Source of the DNA: Macrostomum hystrix | Lineage: Eukaryota; Animalia; Platyhelminthes | Reading direction: 5' to 3' | NCBI GenBank assembly: GCA_950097015.1 | Contig: CATNEN010000003.1 | Span: forward strand, 5,146,001 to 5,210,000 | DNA: 64,000 nt | Part shown: positions 37,601-48,713 of the stretch, piece after piece | How positions within the stretch are numbered: position 1 is the first letter of the stretch | How the letters are laid out: each line of letters starts with the position of its first letter | Program-made: the position numbers and the translations under genes | The notes under the pieces: generated by a model | Databases searched by the model: none | Seen by the model: only the letters and a program-made list of their open reading frames with translations | Told to the model about the DNA's origin: nothing

Positions 37601-40513
37601 ACATCGTATCTAACTGTCTCACACCTTATCTATCTCACACCATATCTATCTATCTCACTCCTTATTTATCTACATCCACCTTATCTATCTATCCCACACC
37701 TTATCTATCTATCTCACACCTTATCTATCTATCCCACACCTTATCTATCTCACACCTTATCTATCTATCCCACACCTTATCTATCTCACACCATATCTAT
37801 CTATCTCACACCTTATTTATCTACATCCACCTTATCTATCTATCCCACACCTTATCTATCTATCCCACACCTTATCTATCTCACACCATATCTATCTATC
37901 TCACACCTTATTTATCTACATCCACCTTATCTATCTATCCCACACCTTATCTATCTATCCCACACCTTATCTATCTCACACCTTATCTATCTCACACCTT
38001 ATCTATCTCACACCCTATCTATCTCACACCTTATCTATCCCACACCTTATCTATCTCACACCTTATATATATCACACCTTATCTATCCCACACCTTATCT
38101 ATCCCACACCTTATATATATCACACCTTATCTATCCCACACCTTATCTATCCCACACCTTATCTATCCCACACCTTATCTATCTCACACCTTATATATAT
38201 CACACCTTATCTATCCCACACCTTATCTATCCCACACCTTATCTATCCCACACCTTATCTATCTCACACCTTATCTATCTCACACCTTATCTATCCCACA
38301 CCTTATCTATCCCACACCTTATCTATCTCACACCTTATCTATCTCACACCTTATCTATCCCACACCTTATCTATCTCACACCTTATCTATCTCACACCTT
38401 ATCTATCTCACACCTTATCTATCTCACACCCTATCTATCCCACACCTTATCTATCTCACACCATATCTATCTATCTCACACCTTATTTATCTACATCCAC
38501 CTTATCTATCTATCCCACACCTTATCTATCTATCCCACACCTTATCTATCTATCTCACACCTTATCTATCTATCGCACACCTTATCTATCTATCTCACAC
38601 ATTATCTATCTATCGCACACCTTATCTATCTATCTCACACCATATCTATAGCTATCTCACACCTTATCTATCTATCTCACACCTTATCTATCTCATACCT
38701 TATCTATCTCACACCTTATCTATTTATCTCACACCTTATCTATTTATCTCACACCTTATCTATCTATCTCACACCTTATCTATCTATCTCACACCTTATC
38801 TATCTCACACCTTATATATATCACACCTTATCTATCCCACACCTTATCTATCTCACACCTTATCTATCTCACACCTTATCTATCTCACACCTTATCTATC
38901 TCACACCCTATCTATCTCACACCTTATCTATCTCACACCTTATCTATCTATCTCACACCTTATCTATCTCATACCTTATCTATCTCACACCTTATCTATT
39001 TATCTCACACCTTATCTATTTATCTCACACCTTATCTATCTATCTCACACCTTATCTATCTATCTCACACCTTATCTATCTCACACTTTATCTATCCCAC
39101 ACCTTATCTATCTCACACCTTATCTATCTCACACCTTATCTATCTCACACCTTATCTATCTCACACCCTATCTATCTCACACCTTATCTATCTCACACCT
39201 TATCTATCTATCTCACACCTTATCTATCTCATACCTTATCTATCTCACACCTTATCTATTTATCTCACACCTTATCTATTTATCTCACACCTTATCTATC
39301 TATCTCACACCTTATCTATCTATCTCACACCTTATCTATCTCACACCTTATATATATCACACCTTATCTATCCCACACCTTATCTATCTCACACCTTATC
39401 TATCTCACACCTTATCTATCTCACACCTTATCTATCTCACACCCTATCTATCTCACACCTTATCTATCTCACACCTTATCTATCTATCTCACACCTTATC
39501 TATCTCATACCTTATCTATCTCACACCTTATCTATTTATCTCACACCTTATCTATTTATCTCACACCTTATCTATCTATCTCACACCTTATCTATCTATC
39601 TCACACCTTATCTATCTCACACCTTATATATATCACACCTTATCTATCCCACACCTTATCTATCCCACACCTTATCTATCTCACACCTTATCTATCTCAC
39701 ACCTTATCTATCTCACACCCTATCTATCTCACACCTTATCTATCTTACACCATATATACCTCACTCCTAATCTCAAAGCCAGTAAACTATGAATTACTAC
39801 TTCTAGGAAAAAATTCCAAGAATCTTACATTTCTTGAGATAATTTTTTACTTAGAAGAATTGATTCGTTGAATTCTAAAAAAACTTAGCTTTTAGAAGCT
39901 CAATTAAAACTGACAGACCGTCATAGTCAGGAGTCAAACTTCTCGTGGAAATTTTATTCAATCGTAATTTTTAGACGACCTGGCTATCCGCCTGCCAGTC
40001 TGCTGTTGTCCCTCACGATGCAACAAGTCTCGACGTCCTGATGGTCGAATTACCGACGACAACAAGTCCGAGAACATCGAACTGATCATTGTGCCACCGC
40101 CTGACGACTCGCTGTTTGAATGCGACAATCCAGAACCTGGCGGAATCTCTGGAGCATCTGGTTCGAACGCCCTGCTGTCACCAACTTGGACTTCAAGCAG
40201 CAGCAGCTACAGCGGCTCGCAACGTCAGCAACAGTTGCAGCAGCAGCAGCAGCAGCAGCTTCAGCAGCAGTTGCAGAAGGATGCGTCTGGGCCAGTCAGG
40301 AAAAAGGATCATCGGCCTTGGACGAAGCACACCTTCAAGGTGCGACCGCCTCCCAGACCTGCGTCCCCTTGCGGCAGCCAAAATCGACCTCAGCAACAGC
40401 AGCAGCAGCAGCAGCAAAGTCAGCACCGAGCCACTACCGTGATTCGTGAAGACATTATTGAATGCTACGGCAATGACAAGTGCATTCAGACTCGGTGTGA
40501 AATCTTCATCTGA
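31669..40513 (+). CDS. Shisa-like single-pass type I membrane protein (six-Cys ectodomain), 408 aa, 6 exons
   Basis: Exons 31669-31774 (signal MLLLLQLLLLLLNFSQIQG), 34373-34520 (HTCFH...FSCPDAPGNIDQTECCGSERREFCCSHW), 35084-35217 (TM WAIGIGITVAVVIFMALGYTI), 35846-35872 (27-nt microexon), 36658-36930, 39975-40513. All junctions are GT-AG and phase-compatible (1,2,1,1,1). Confidence 0.82.
31782..32348. repeat. (CACT)n microsatellite starting right after the exon-1 donor
   Basis: Tetranucleotide run directly after gtaagt. Confidence 0.97.
32847..33140 (+). mobile_element. tRNA-derived SINE family B with CORE-like central domain, near full length
   Basis: A-box TAGCCTAGTGG and B-box GGTTCGATTCC. 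Central GCAAGACACTTAGCTCT...TTCAGTTCACCCAGCTGTTAAATGGGTACC resembles the CORE-type domain. Related copies at 4915, 8945 and 49763. Confidence 0.78.
33458..34220. repeat. 38-bp minisatellite (AGAAATCGAATAGCTACTCTACCAATCTAGCATTTCTT)
   Basis: Tandem periodicity of 38. Confidence 0.93.
34550..34940. repeat. 12-bp minisatellite (GTGATAAGAAGA)
   Basis: Tandem periodicity. Confidence 0.9.
35339..35637 (+). mobile_element. tRNA-derived SINE family A, near full length (intron 3 of the Shisa-like gene)
   Basis: A-box-like TGGCATAGCGG and B-box-like GAGCTCGATTCC. The body is shared with copies at 26731-27058, 52261-52512 and 54395-54678. Confidence 0.8.
36226..36645. repeat. 19-bp minisatellite (ATCTAACACCTCATCTGTT) running up to a splice acceptor
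   Basis: Tandem periodicity; the last copy ends ~12 nt before the AG at 36656-36657. Confidence 0.9.
37510..39760. repeat. 16/20-bp minisatellite (TCTCACACCTTATCTA) with higher-order blocks
   Basis: Tandem; the variant marker ATACCT recurs at 38695, 38971, 39231 and 39507. Confidence 0.95.
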
Positions 40514-40541
40514 TTCTGCACTGAATTCTGCCATGCAACTC

Positions 40542-40838
40542 TGTCTCTAGGTGTGTGTCCTTAGGTCTGTGTCTCTAGGTATGTGTCTCTAGGTCTGTGT
40601 CTCTAGGTCTGTGTCTCTAGGTCTGTGTCTCTAGGTCTGTGTCTCTAGGTTTGTGTCTCTAGGTTTGTGTCTCTAGGTCTGTGTCTCTAGCTCTGTGTCT
40701 CTAGGTTTGTGTCCTTTGGTCTGTGTCTCTAGGTCTGTGTCCTTAGGTCTGTGTCCTTAGGTCTGTGTCTCTAGGTCTGTGTCTCTAGGTCTGTGTCTCT
40801 AGGTCTGTGTCTCTAAGTCTGTCTCTAGGTCTGTGTCT
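40542..40838. repeat. 14-bp minisatellite (CTCTAGGTCTGTGT) in the Shisa-like 3' UTR, followed by AATAAA at 40847
   Basis: Tandem periodicity. Confidence 0.93.
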
Positions 40839-41344
40839 ATTGTTTTAATAAAAAAGCATATGTAAAGGTCTTCGACAAATAAATTAGTTTAGGTCTATAT
40901 TTAGGTTACTACCTTAATCAATAACAGTAATGAAAAATATACTCCATTGCAATATAGAAAAAGTCCTTATAAAATATGCATAATTATATACTAAGGCTTT
41001 CTAAGTCTGCTCGATTGACATCAACTCGAGCTGCAGGAGAGAGACTAGACAATACGATATTAAAATGGCTTTGAATTTTAATAATGCTCAATCTATTGCC
41101 AAGCCGGACATTAAAGACAGATTAAGGAAAATGGAAATGATGACGGAAAAAATGGGAAATTCTTCCCTCATTGAATCTCGCCTGAGTTGGGAGATTAGCT
41201 GTGCATGCAGGCGGATTGTCTGAAAGAAGGTTGGTGACAGCAATAGAGACAGAATTTTGTAACTAAAGGAAGACTCTGAATATAAGCGCCCAGCTTGCAT
41301 ATTTTAGACATGAGACCAACAACTGTTCAAGGTTAAACAGATAC

Positions 41345-41640
41345 GGATGGGATAATTATGATGGGAGAGGGGATAACTAAGATGGGAGAGGGGATAATTA
41401 AGATGGAAGAGGGGATAATTAAGATGGGAGAGGGGATAACATGGATGGGAGAGGGGATAATCAACATGTGAGAGGGGATAAGAGGGGATAATAAGGAGGG
41501 GATAATATAGGGGATAATAAGGATGCGAGGGGAGATAATTCAGATGTGAGAGGATGGGAGATGGGAGAGGGATGATTAAGATTGGAGAGGGGATAATTAA
41601 TATGGGAGAGCAGATAATCAACATGGGAGAGGGAATAATT
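41345..41640. repeat. ~21-bp degenerate minisatellite (GGGAGAGGGGATAATTAAGAT)
   Basis: Tandem periodicity. Confidence 0.8.
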
Positions 41641-42188
41641 ATGAATGAAAATTAAGGAAATTTCCCCCTCCTAAAGTGTCACTCATAAAATTTTACTCAT
41701 CAAAAATGTCTTTCTTTTACTCGTAATTCCATAAATGTTTGCTCTTCTTGACAAGGTATTTTTCGGGTTTTTTAATCATCATCCTAAGAAAAAATTTCAG
41801 CCTTCAATTACTGTCCCTTTTACAAAATAACATTTAAGATTTAAAATGTCACTCCAAGAAATCATACTCTTTCAAAAGATGCCACTTCTGGCAGCACTAC
41901 TATGAGTATTAGAGAGCAGTATATAGTTTTTCTAGTTACGTGGCGGTGAGCAAGAACTATAAAAGTACATGCAGCACAGCTCAGCTGATCGTAATGGCTA
42001 TATTTTAAAGTTCTATGGCCTTTCAAGCATCTACATTCGCGTACGAGCATAAGTCTAGTCTCAAAGAAGGATTGATTCTAATGGTTCTGAATTCTGAGAA
42101 AACATTCGCACCTAGATTTAATATAATAATAATAACAGTAATGAAAACAAAAAAATAATAATAACAAGATATAGCATATATATCCAAG

Positions 42189-42901
42189 ATTCTAGGAAAC
42201 TAAAATTCTTAGAAAGCGATGCTGGATGCTGCAATAACTAATATTCTAGGAAACTAAAATTCTTAGAAAGCGATGCTGGATGCTGCAAAAACTAATATTC
42301 TAGGAAACTAAAATTCTTAGAAAGCGATGCTGGATGCTGCAAAAACTAATATTCTAGGAAACTAAAATTCTTAGAAAGCGATGCTGGATGCTGCAAAAAC
42401 TAATATTCTAGGAAACTAAATTTCTCTAAAAGCGATGCTGGATGCTGCAATGACTAATATTCTAGGAAACTAAAATTCTTAGAAAGCGATGCTGGATGCT
42501 GCAATAACTAATATTCTAGGAAACTAAAATTCTTAGAAAGCGATGCTGTATGCTGCAAAAACTAATATTCTAGGAAACTAAATTTCTCAGAAAGCGATGC
42601 TGGATGCTGCAATAACTAATATTCTAGGAAACTAAAATTCTTAGAAAGCGATGCTGGATGCTGCAAAAACTAATATTCTAGGAAACTAAAATTCTTAGAA
42701 AGCGATGCTGGATGCTGCAATAACTAATATTCTAGGAAACTAAAATTCTTAGAAAGCGATGCTGGATGCTGCAATAACTAATATTCTAGGAAACTAAAAT
42801 TCTTAGAAAGCGATGCTGGATGATGCAATAACTAATATTCTAGGAAACTAAAATTCTTAGAAAGCGATGCTGGATGCTGCAATAACTAATATTCTAGGAA
42901 A
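42189..42901. repeat. 54-bp minisatellite, ~13 copies (ATTCTAGGAAACTAAAATTCTTAGAAAGCGATGCTGGATGCTGCAATAACTAAT)
   Basis: Tandem periodicity of 54; single-copy homologue at ~37244-37308. Confidence 0.95.
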
Positions 42902-43189
42902 CGGTAGAACCAAACATAAGAACTGAAAAATACCATACTTAAAAGACTTCTAAATTCTTAGAAAAATAATGACTTTTAGATTCTAAGAAACAAATATAAT
43001 GTGTACCCAAAACTCCAAGAAACTAAAAACTCTAGGAAACCTAAATTTAAAAAGTTCTAAAATCAAATTAAACGGAACTAAAATGGAAAAAAAACTGAAA
43101 ACCATATTTTCATGCACATATATACTTTCTAAGAAAACTCGGTTCTTAAGATCGTAGGTTCATACAAACTAAGTAGCCCAAAAAGCCAT

Positions 43190-43656
43190 TAATCTATCTT
43201 ACACCTTATCTACCTCACCCTATATCTCACACCTTATCTATCTCACACCTTATCTATATTATACCTTATCTACCTCACACCGTATCTATCTCACACCTTA
43301 TCTATCTCACACCTTATCTATCTTATATCTTATCTATCTCACACCTTATCTATCTATCTCACACATTATCTATCTTAGACCTTATCTATCTCACACCTTA
43401 TCTATCTCACACCTTATCTATCTCACACCTTATCTATCTCACACCTTATCTATCTCACACCTTATCTATCTCACACCTTATCTATCTCACACCTTATCTA
43501 TCTCACACCTTATCTATCTCACACCTTATCTATCTCACACCCTATCTATCTCACACCTTATCTATCTATCTCACACCTTATCTATCTCACATCTTATCTA
43601 TCTATCTCACACATTATCAATCTATCTCACACTTTATCTGCCTCACACCTTATCTA
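43190..43656. repeat. Second array of the TCTCACACCTTATCTA minisatellite
   Basis: Same unit as 37510-39760; part of a local duplication. Confidence 0.93.
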
Positions 43657-44309
43657 AGGTATGTAAACCGTACATAGAAAATTTCTAAGAATTTTTGGTA
43701 CCTTATTTTAGTCGCATAAAATACACGACAGAAAAAGCTAGAGAACAGCCTAGCAGTTTATGGCATACTTAGCCAGTAATAGTTAATAGTTATACTATTT
43801 AAATAATATACAATATGAGCGAATTATAATGTTTGAGAATAGAACAATAGACCTGCATAATGTACACGCGATGTCATAGTGTACACACATAGCCGAGAAG
43901 ATGGACCTTTTTGACCACCAGTGTCTCATCTTACGGTCAGCGTGTGAACCAGAATAAACTGGTTCTCAACCCTGAATGAGTCCATAATCCACAACTTTTA
44001 AAAAATATAGTCTGCTTCACGCGTGAGAGGACAGGCGAGGTATGAAAATATTTTAGTAGGCCAGAGAATAGAGAGACAACCCCTAGATAGAATTATTTAA
44101 ATAGTTTAGCATTGCAACCGGAAAAAGCCAGTACTAGTACGTTAGGCAAAACCAGATCTTTCTTATTGTCTGTTGCTTTTTTAAGGAATTCTTTAAATCC
44201 CTGTCTAACTTTGAGCCACTCCAGTATAAATATAAGAGTAAATGCAGCAATGCCCCAACTTGTTCATAAGTACATTGTTTGCTAAAGTGTAGGGTCAGGT
44301 AAAGCATTG

Positions 44310-45645
44310 ATGGCTGCCACATTTTTTACAGACCTGTACTTTAAAAGGCTTCTAGATGAGCAAAGCTTGAAAGGCACTGATCAGCCGCAGCAGCAGCTGT
44401 TGCAACCACTGCAGCCATCTACCATAACCAGGTAAGGGGCTCAATACATTTCTGTCGTTAAGCTCTGCATTCACTCTTCACTCTTCTTAATTTGCCCCCT
44501 CAACTGTCTTTCATTCCCTCCTCCACTGTCCTTCATTACCTCCTCTACTGCCCTTCATTACCTCTTCTACTGCCCTTCATTACCTCCTCTACTGTCCTTC
44601 ATTACCTCCTCCACTGTCCTTCATTCCCTCCTCCACTGTCCGTCATTCCCTCCTCCACTGCCCTTCATTACCTCCTCTACTGCCCTTCATTACCTCTTCT
44701 ACTGCCCTTCATTACCTCCTCTACTGTCCTTCATTCCCTCCTCCACTGTCCGTCATTCCCTCCTCCACTGCCCTTCATTACCTCCTCCACTGTCCTTCAT
44801 TCCCTCCTCCACTGTCCGTCATTCCCTCCTCCACTGCCCTTCATTACCTCCTCTACTGCCCTTCATTACCTCTTCTACTGCCCTTCATTACCTCCTCTAC
44901 TGTCCTTCATTACCTCCTCCACTGTCCTTCATTACCTCCTCTACTGCCCTTCATTACCTCCTCTACTGCCCTTCATTACCTCCTCCACTGTCCTTCATTC
45001 CCTCCTCCACTGTCCGTCATTCCCTCCTCCACTGCCCTTCATTACCTCCTCCACTGCCCTTCATTCCCTCCTCCACTGCCCTTCATTACCTCCTCCACTG
45101 TCCTTCATTACCTCCTCTACTGCCCTTCATTACCTCCTCCACTGCCCTTCATTACCTCCTCCACTGCCCTTCATTACCTCCTCCACTGCCCTTCATTACC
45201 TCCTCCACTGCCCTTCATTCCCTCCTCCACTGCCCTTCATTACCTCCTCTACTGTCCTTCATTACCTCCTCCACTGCCCTTCATTACCTCCTCCACTGCC
45301 CTTCATTACCTCCTCCACTGCCCTTCATTACCTCCTCTACTGTCCTTGATTACCTCCTCCACTGTCCTTCATTACCTCCTCCACTGTCCGTCATTCCCTC
45401 CTCCAATGTCCTTCATTCCCTCCTCTACTGTCCTTCGCTCTCTTTATTCCCTTTTTACTCTCCTGCATGACTTTTGTCGCTTAGTAAAACCAAAAATTGC
45501 ACAAAAATTGCTGATAAAAACTCAAACTAAAACCAGGTTTCCCACCAGCCTATTAACTGTTGAAGACTTCGAATCAGATGTGAATCAGCGAGCACATTTA
45601 AATCAGCTTCAACTACAACAACAAGAACAGCAGCAACAGCAGCAA

Positions 45646-45676
<31 letters not shown>

Positions 45677-46308
45677 AGCAGCAGCAGCGTAGGAAACATC
45701 AATCTGAAGACAAGCATTGTCCGAAGCGTCACCAACGGCCGGCCCACAAACAAGCGGAACTTAGGCGAATATTCAAGATACGCGAAGGTATACAACTTCT
45801 ATCTAGCATCTGCGGTGCTGAGATTCCAAAGAGCGCTGTTGTGGCAGGTCACACTAATCGCATCTCTGAGGCCGGCCTACTCAATCAGTGCCGAGAGCGC
45901 ATACTGACTGTACAACAAGAAACTGCCGTTCAGACTCAAGAAATTGAGCAGTACAGAGCCATTCTAGCTGAGTCTGCCATGCCATCTGGTCAGGCCATAG
46001 ACTATGTGCAGACTCGCTGGCTGCAGAATGGGAGGTTTGAGCTATTCTACAAGCTGATAGGCAAGAGTGTGACTGATGCGTTCACTAATCATCTGCAGGT
46101 GGCAGCGGGGCAGGTTGCAGGTGAGCATACTGCTGAGCAGTTTCCAACAAGCTGGCTTAAAAGAATAGCTGGACCAGAGGAACTTGTGAGGCGGTCGAGT
46201 CGCCATCTGGAGAGGATTAGGCTAAGCTTTCCCATAGCGGACGGCTGCGGTACGAAAAGCACCTTGAGTAGTAGCAGCAGCAGCAGCAGTACAGTTCGTT
46301 CGACGTAA
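44310..46308 (+). CDS. Divergent Mondo/MLX-family bHLH-ZIP transcription factor with DCD-like C-terminus (~297 aa as modelled)
   Basis: Exons 44310-44431 and 45537-46308 (phase 2). AHKQAELRRIFKIREG...RISEAGLL...QQE matches Mondo/ChREBP THISAEQKRRFNIKLG...KVSKATTL...QQE; DYVQTRWLQNGRFELF matches DYVRTRTLHNWKFWVF. The start is uncertain because an acceptor at 44331 could join upstream exons. TATAAA at 44225. Confidence 0.75.
44500..45435. repeat. 22-bp minisatellite (CCTCCACTGCCCTTCATTACCT) in the bHLH gene intron
   Basis: Tandem; the source of spurious ORF 44492-45349. Confidence 0.95.
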
Positions 46309-46361
46309 TGCGACTTTATTTAGAACACAAACTCGCTATGACTCGTTAAAACTCGTTAGTG

Positions 46362-46712
46362 TCTAACGGGTGGAATATTGAATATCTAACAGACGGAATA
46401 TTGAATATCTAACAGGTGGAATATTGAATATCTAACAGGTGGAATATTGAATATCTAACAGGTGGAATATTGAATATCTAACAGGTGGAATATTGAATAT
46501 CTAACAGGTGGAATATTGAATATCTAACAGGTGGAATATTGAATATCTAACAGGTGGAATATTGAATATCTAACAGGTGGAATATTGAATATCTAACAGG
46601 TGGAATATTGAATATCTAACAGGTGGAGTATTGAATATCTAACAGGTGGAATATTGAATATCTAACAGGTGGAATATTGAATAACAAACAGACGGAATAT
46701 CGAATGTCTAAC
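46362..46712. repeat. 23-bp minisatellite (TCTAACAGGTGGAATATTGAATA) just after the bHLH stop
   Basis: Tandem periodicity of 23. Confidence 0.95.
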
Positions 46713-47653
46713 TAAAAGGTCGAATTTTTCATATCTAACCGGTGGAAAACAGGTTATACTTACTATACATACGAGTTCAATACTATACTCCAGTATTTTT
46801 AATGCAACCCAGTCTCCTCGATTAAATAATAATCAGATCTAGTATTAAGCATTAGTAAATATATAGTAAGCAACATAATGTGAGCTATAATCTATGTATT
46901 TAGCATTTTAAATCGGTTAATGAAATGACAAAACTGTTATACACTACTTACTACCAGTATATAGTATTATAGTGCGTTGCTCAATAACTAGTATTTTACA
47001 TACAATATTCTGTTACTATTGTAGCTTTTTTTAATAAACCGTAATGCGTGCTTAACAATAACAAAATACGTTGATACTACTTGTTAAGATATAAGTAACA
47101 GCATAAGTAGTTTTACTGCATATTTTAAAGAGTATTAAAAAAACTCAAAACAATAGAGTTGAACATTTTTGTTAATTACTCATTCTTTGTTTTCAAAGAA
47201 GAACTGCTTGCATTATTTATTTGTCATTAAACTACTAGCAGTAGTATTTTAAGGTGGAAATGAGTTGAAAATTAAATTCAACACGAATGATTTTTTCACT
47301 TGACTGTACAACTTAACTACAAGCTTTTTATTGGCTACCATTTACAGGTCATTGAGATGCATTAATGTAAATTGCATCAAAGTCGGACCGATGACATCAT
47401 GACTTCCGAGCACCAGCGAGCAATAAATTAACGATTTACTAACAAACATTTATCAGCCTCAGATAAAGTAAAAAGAAGGAATTGCGATAGAAAAATGCAA
47501 AGCTTTGTTTTCTTAATCGCAATCTCACCGGATTAACTTTCTGCTATAAATAATTCAATCGGGCACGTATTAAGCAGGTTTTGACGAGCATTAAATTTAC
47601 ATAGTCTGCCTATATTATCAAATAATCCTACAGGAGGATCAAATTCTTTAACA

Positions 47654-48358
47654 GGATTATCTAATAATCCAAAAGGATTATCTAATAATCCAAAAGGATT
47701 ATCTAATAATCCAAAAGGATTATCTAATAATCCAAAAGGATTATCTAATAATCCAAAAGGATTATCTAATAATCCAAAAGGATTATCTAATAATCCAAAA
47801 GGATTATCTAATAATCCAAAAGGATTATCTAATAATCCAAAAGGATTATCTAATAATCCAAAAGGATTATCTAATAATCCAAAAGGATTATCTAATAATC
47901 CAAAAGGATTATCTAATAATCCAAAAGGATTATCTAATAATCCAAAAGGATTATCTAATAATCCAAAAGGATTATCTAATAATCCAAAAGGATTATCTAA
48001 TAATCCAAAAGGATTATCTAATAATCCAAAAGGATTATCTAATAATCCAAAAGGATTATCTAATAATCCAAAAGGATTATCTAATAATCCAAAAGGATTA
48101 TCTAATAATCCAAAAGGATTATCTAATAATCCAAAAGGATTATCTAATAATCCAAAAGGATTATCTAATAATCCAAAAGGATTATCTAATAATCCAAAAG
48201 GATTATCTAATAATCCAAAAGGATTATCTAATAATCCAAAAGGATTATCTAATAATCCAAAAGGATTATCTAATAATCCAAAAGGATTATCTAATAATCC
48301 AAAAGGATTATCTAATAATCCTAAAGGATTATCTAATAATCCTAAAGGATTATCTAAT
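47654..48358. repeat. 21-bp self-complementary minisatellite (GGATTAT-CTA-ATAATCC-AAAA), ~33 near-perfect copies
   Basis: Each unit holds a 7-bp inverted repeat. Confidence 0.95.
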
Positions 48359-48393
48359 TGTACGATCTCTAATCTCTGGACTATCTAATAGCA

Positions 48394-48507
48394 TTGTACG
48401 ATAATCCTGTAGCATTTTACGATAATCCTGTAGGATTGTACGATAGTTACAGGATTATCGTACAATCCTACCAGATTATCGTACAATCCTACAGGATTAT
48501 CGTACAA
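48394..48507. repeat. Inverted repeat / fold-back with perfect 19-bp outer arms
   Basis: TTGTACGATAATCCTGTAG (48394-48412) versus CTACAGGATTATCGTACAA (48489-48507), with further internal copies in both orientations. Confidence 0.88.
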
Positions 48508-48713
48508 ATAAAAAAATACTTTAGCATCACATGATCGCGTGGGATTATCGCTTAATCTCTATGGCTAATCTCACTAATCCACGGATTATGTGAAAACCCG
48601 ACAAAAATTAATTGAAAAAGTTGATTGTAAGCTAAATATAAACAAAGTTGATTTATTTACGAAATCGAACTAGCCAACTTTCAACACGATAAAGAAACAT
48701 TAGTCTGTTATGC

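Noticed and set aside
41064-44300. Short frames at ~41064-41223, ~41860-42075 and 43893-44039 as upstream exons of the Mondo-like gene
   Set aside because: In-frame stops, incompatible splice phase with the 44332 acceptor, and no recognisable Mondo conserved motifs.
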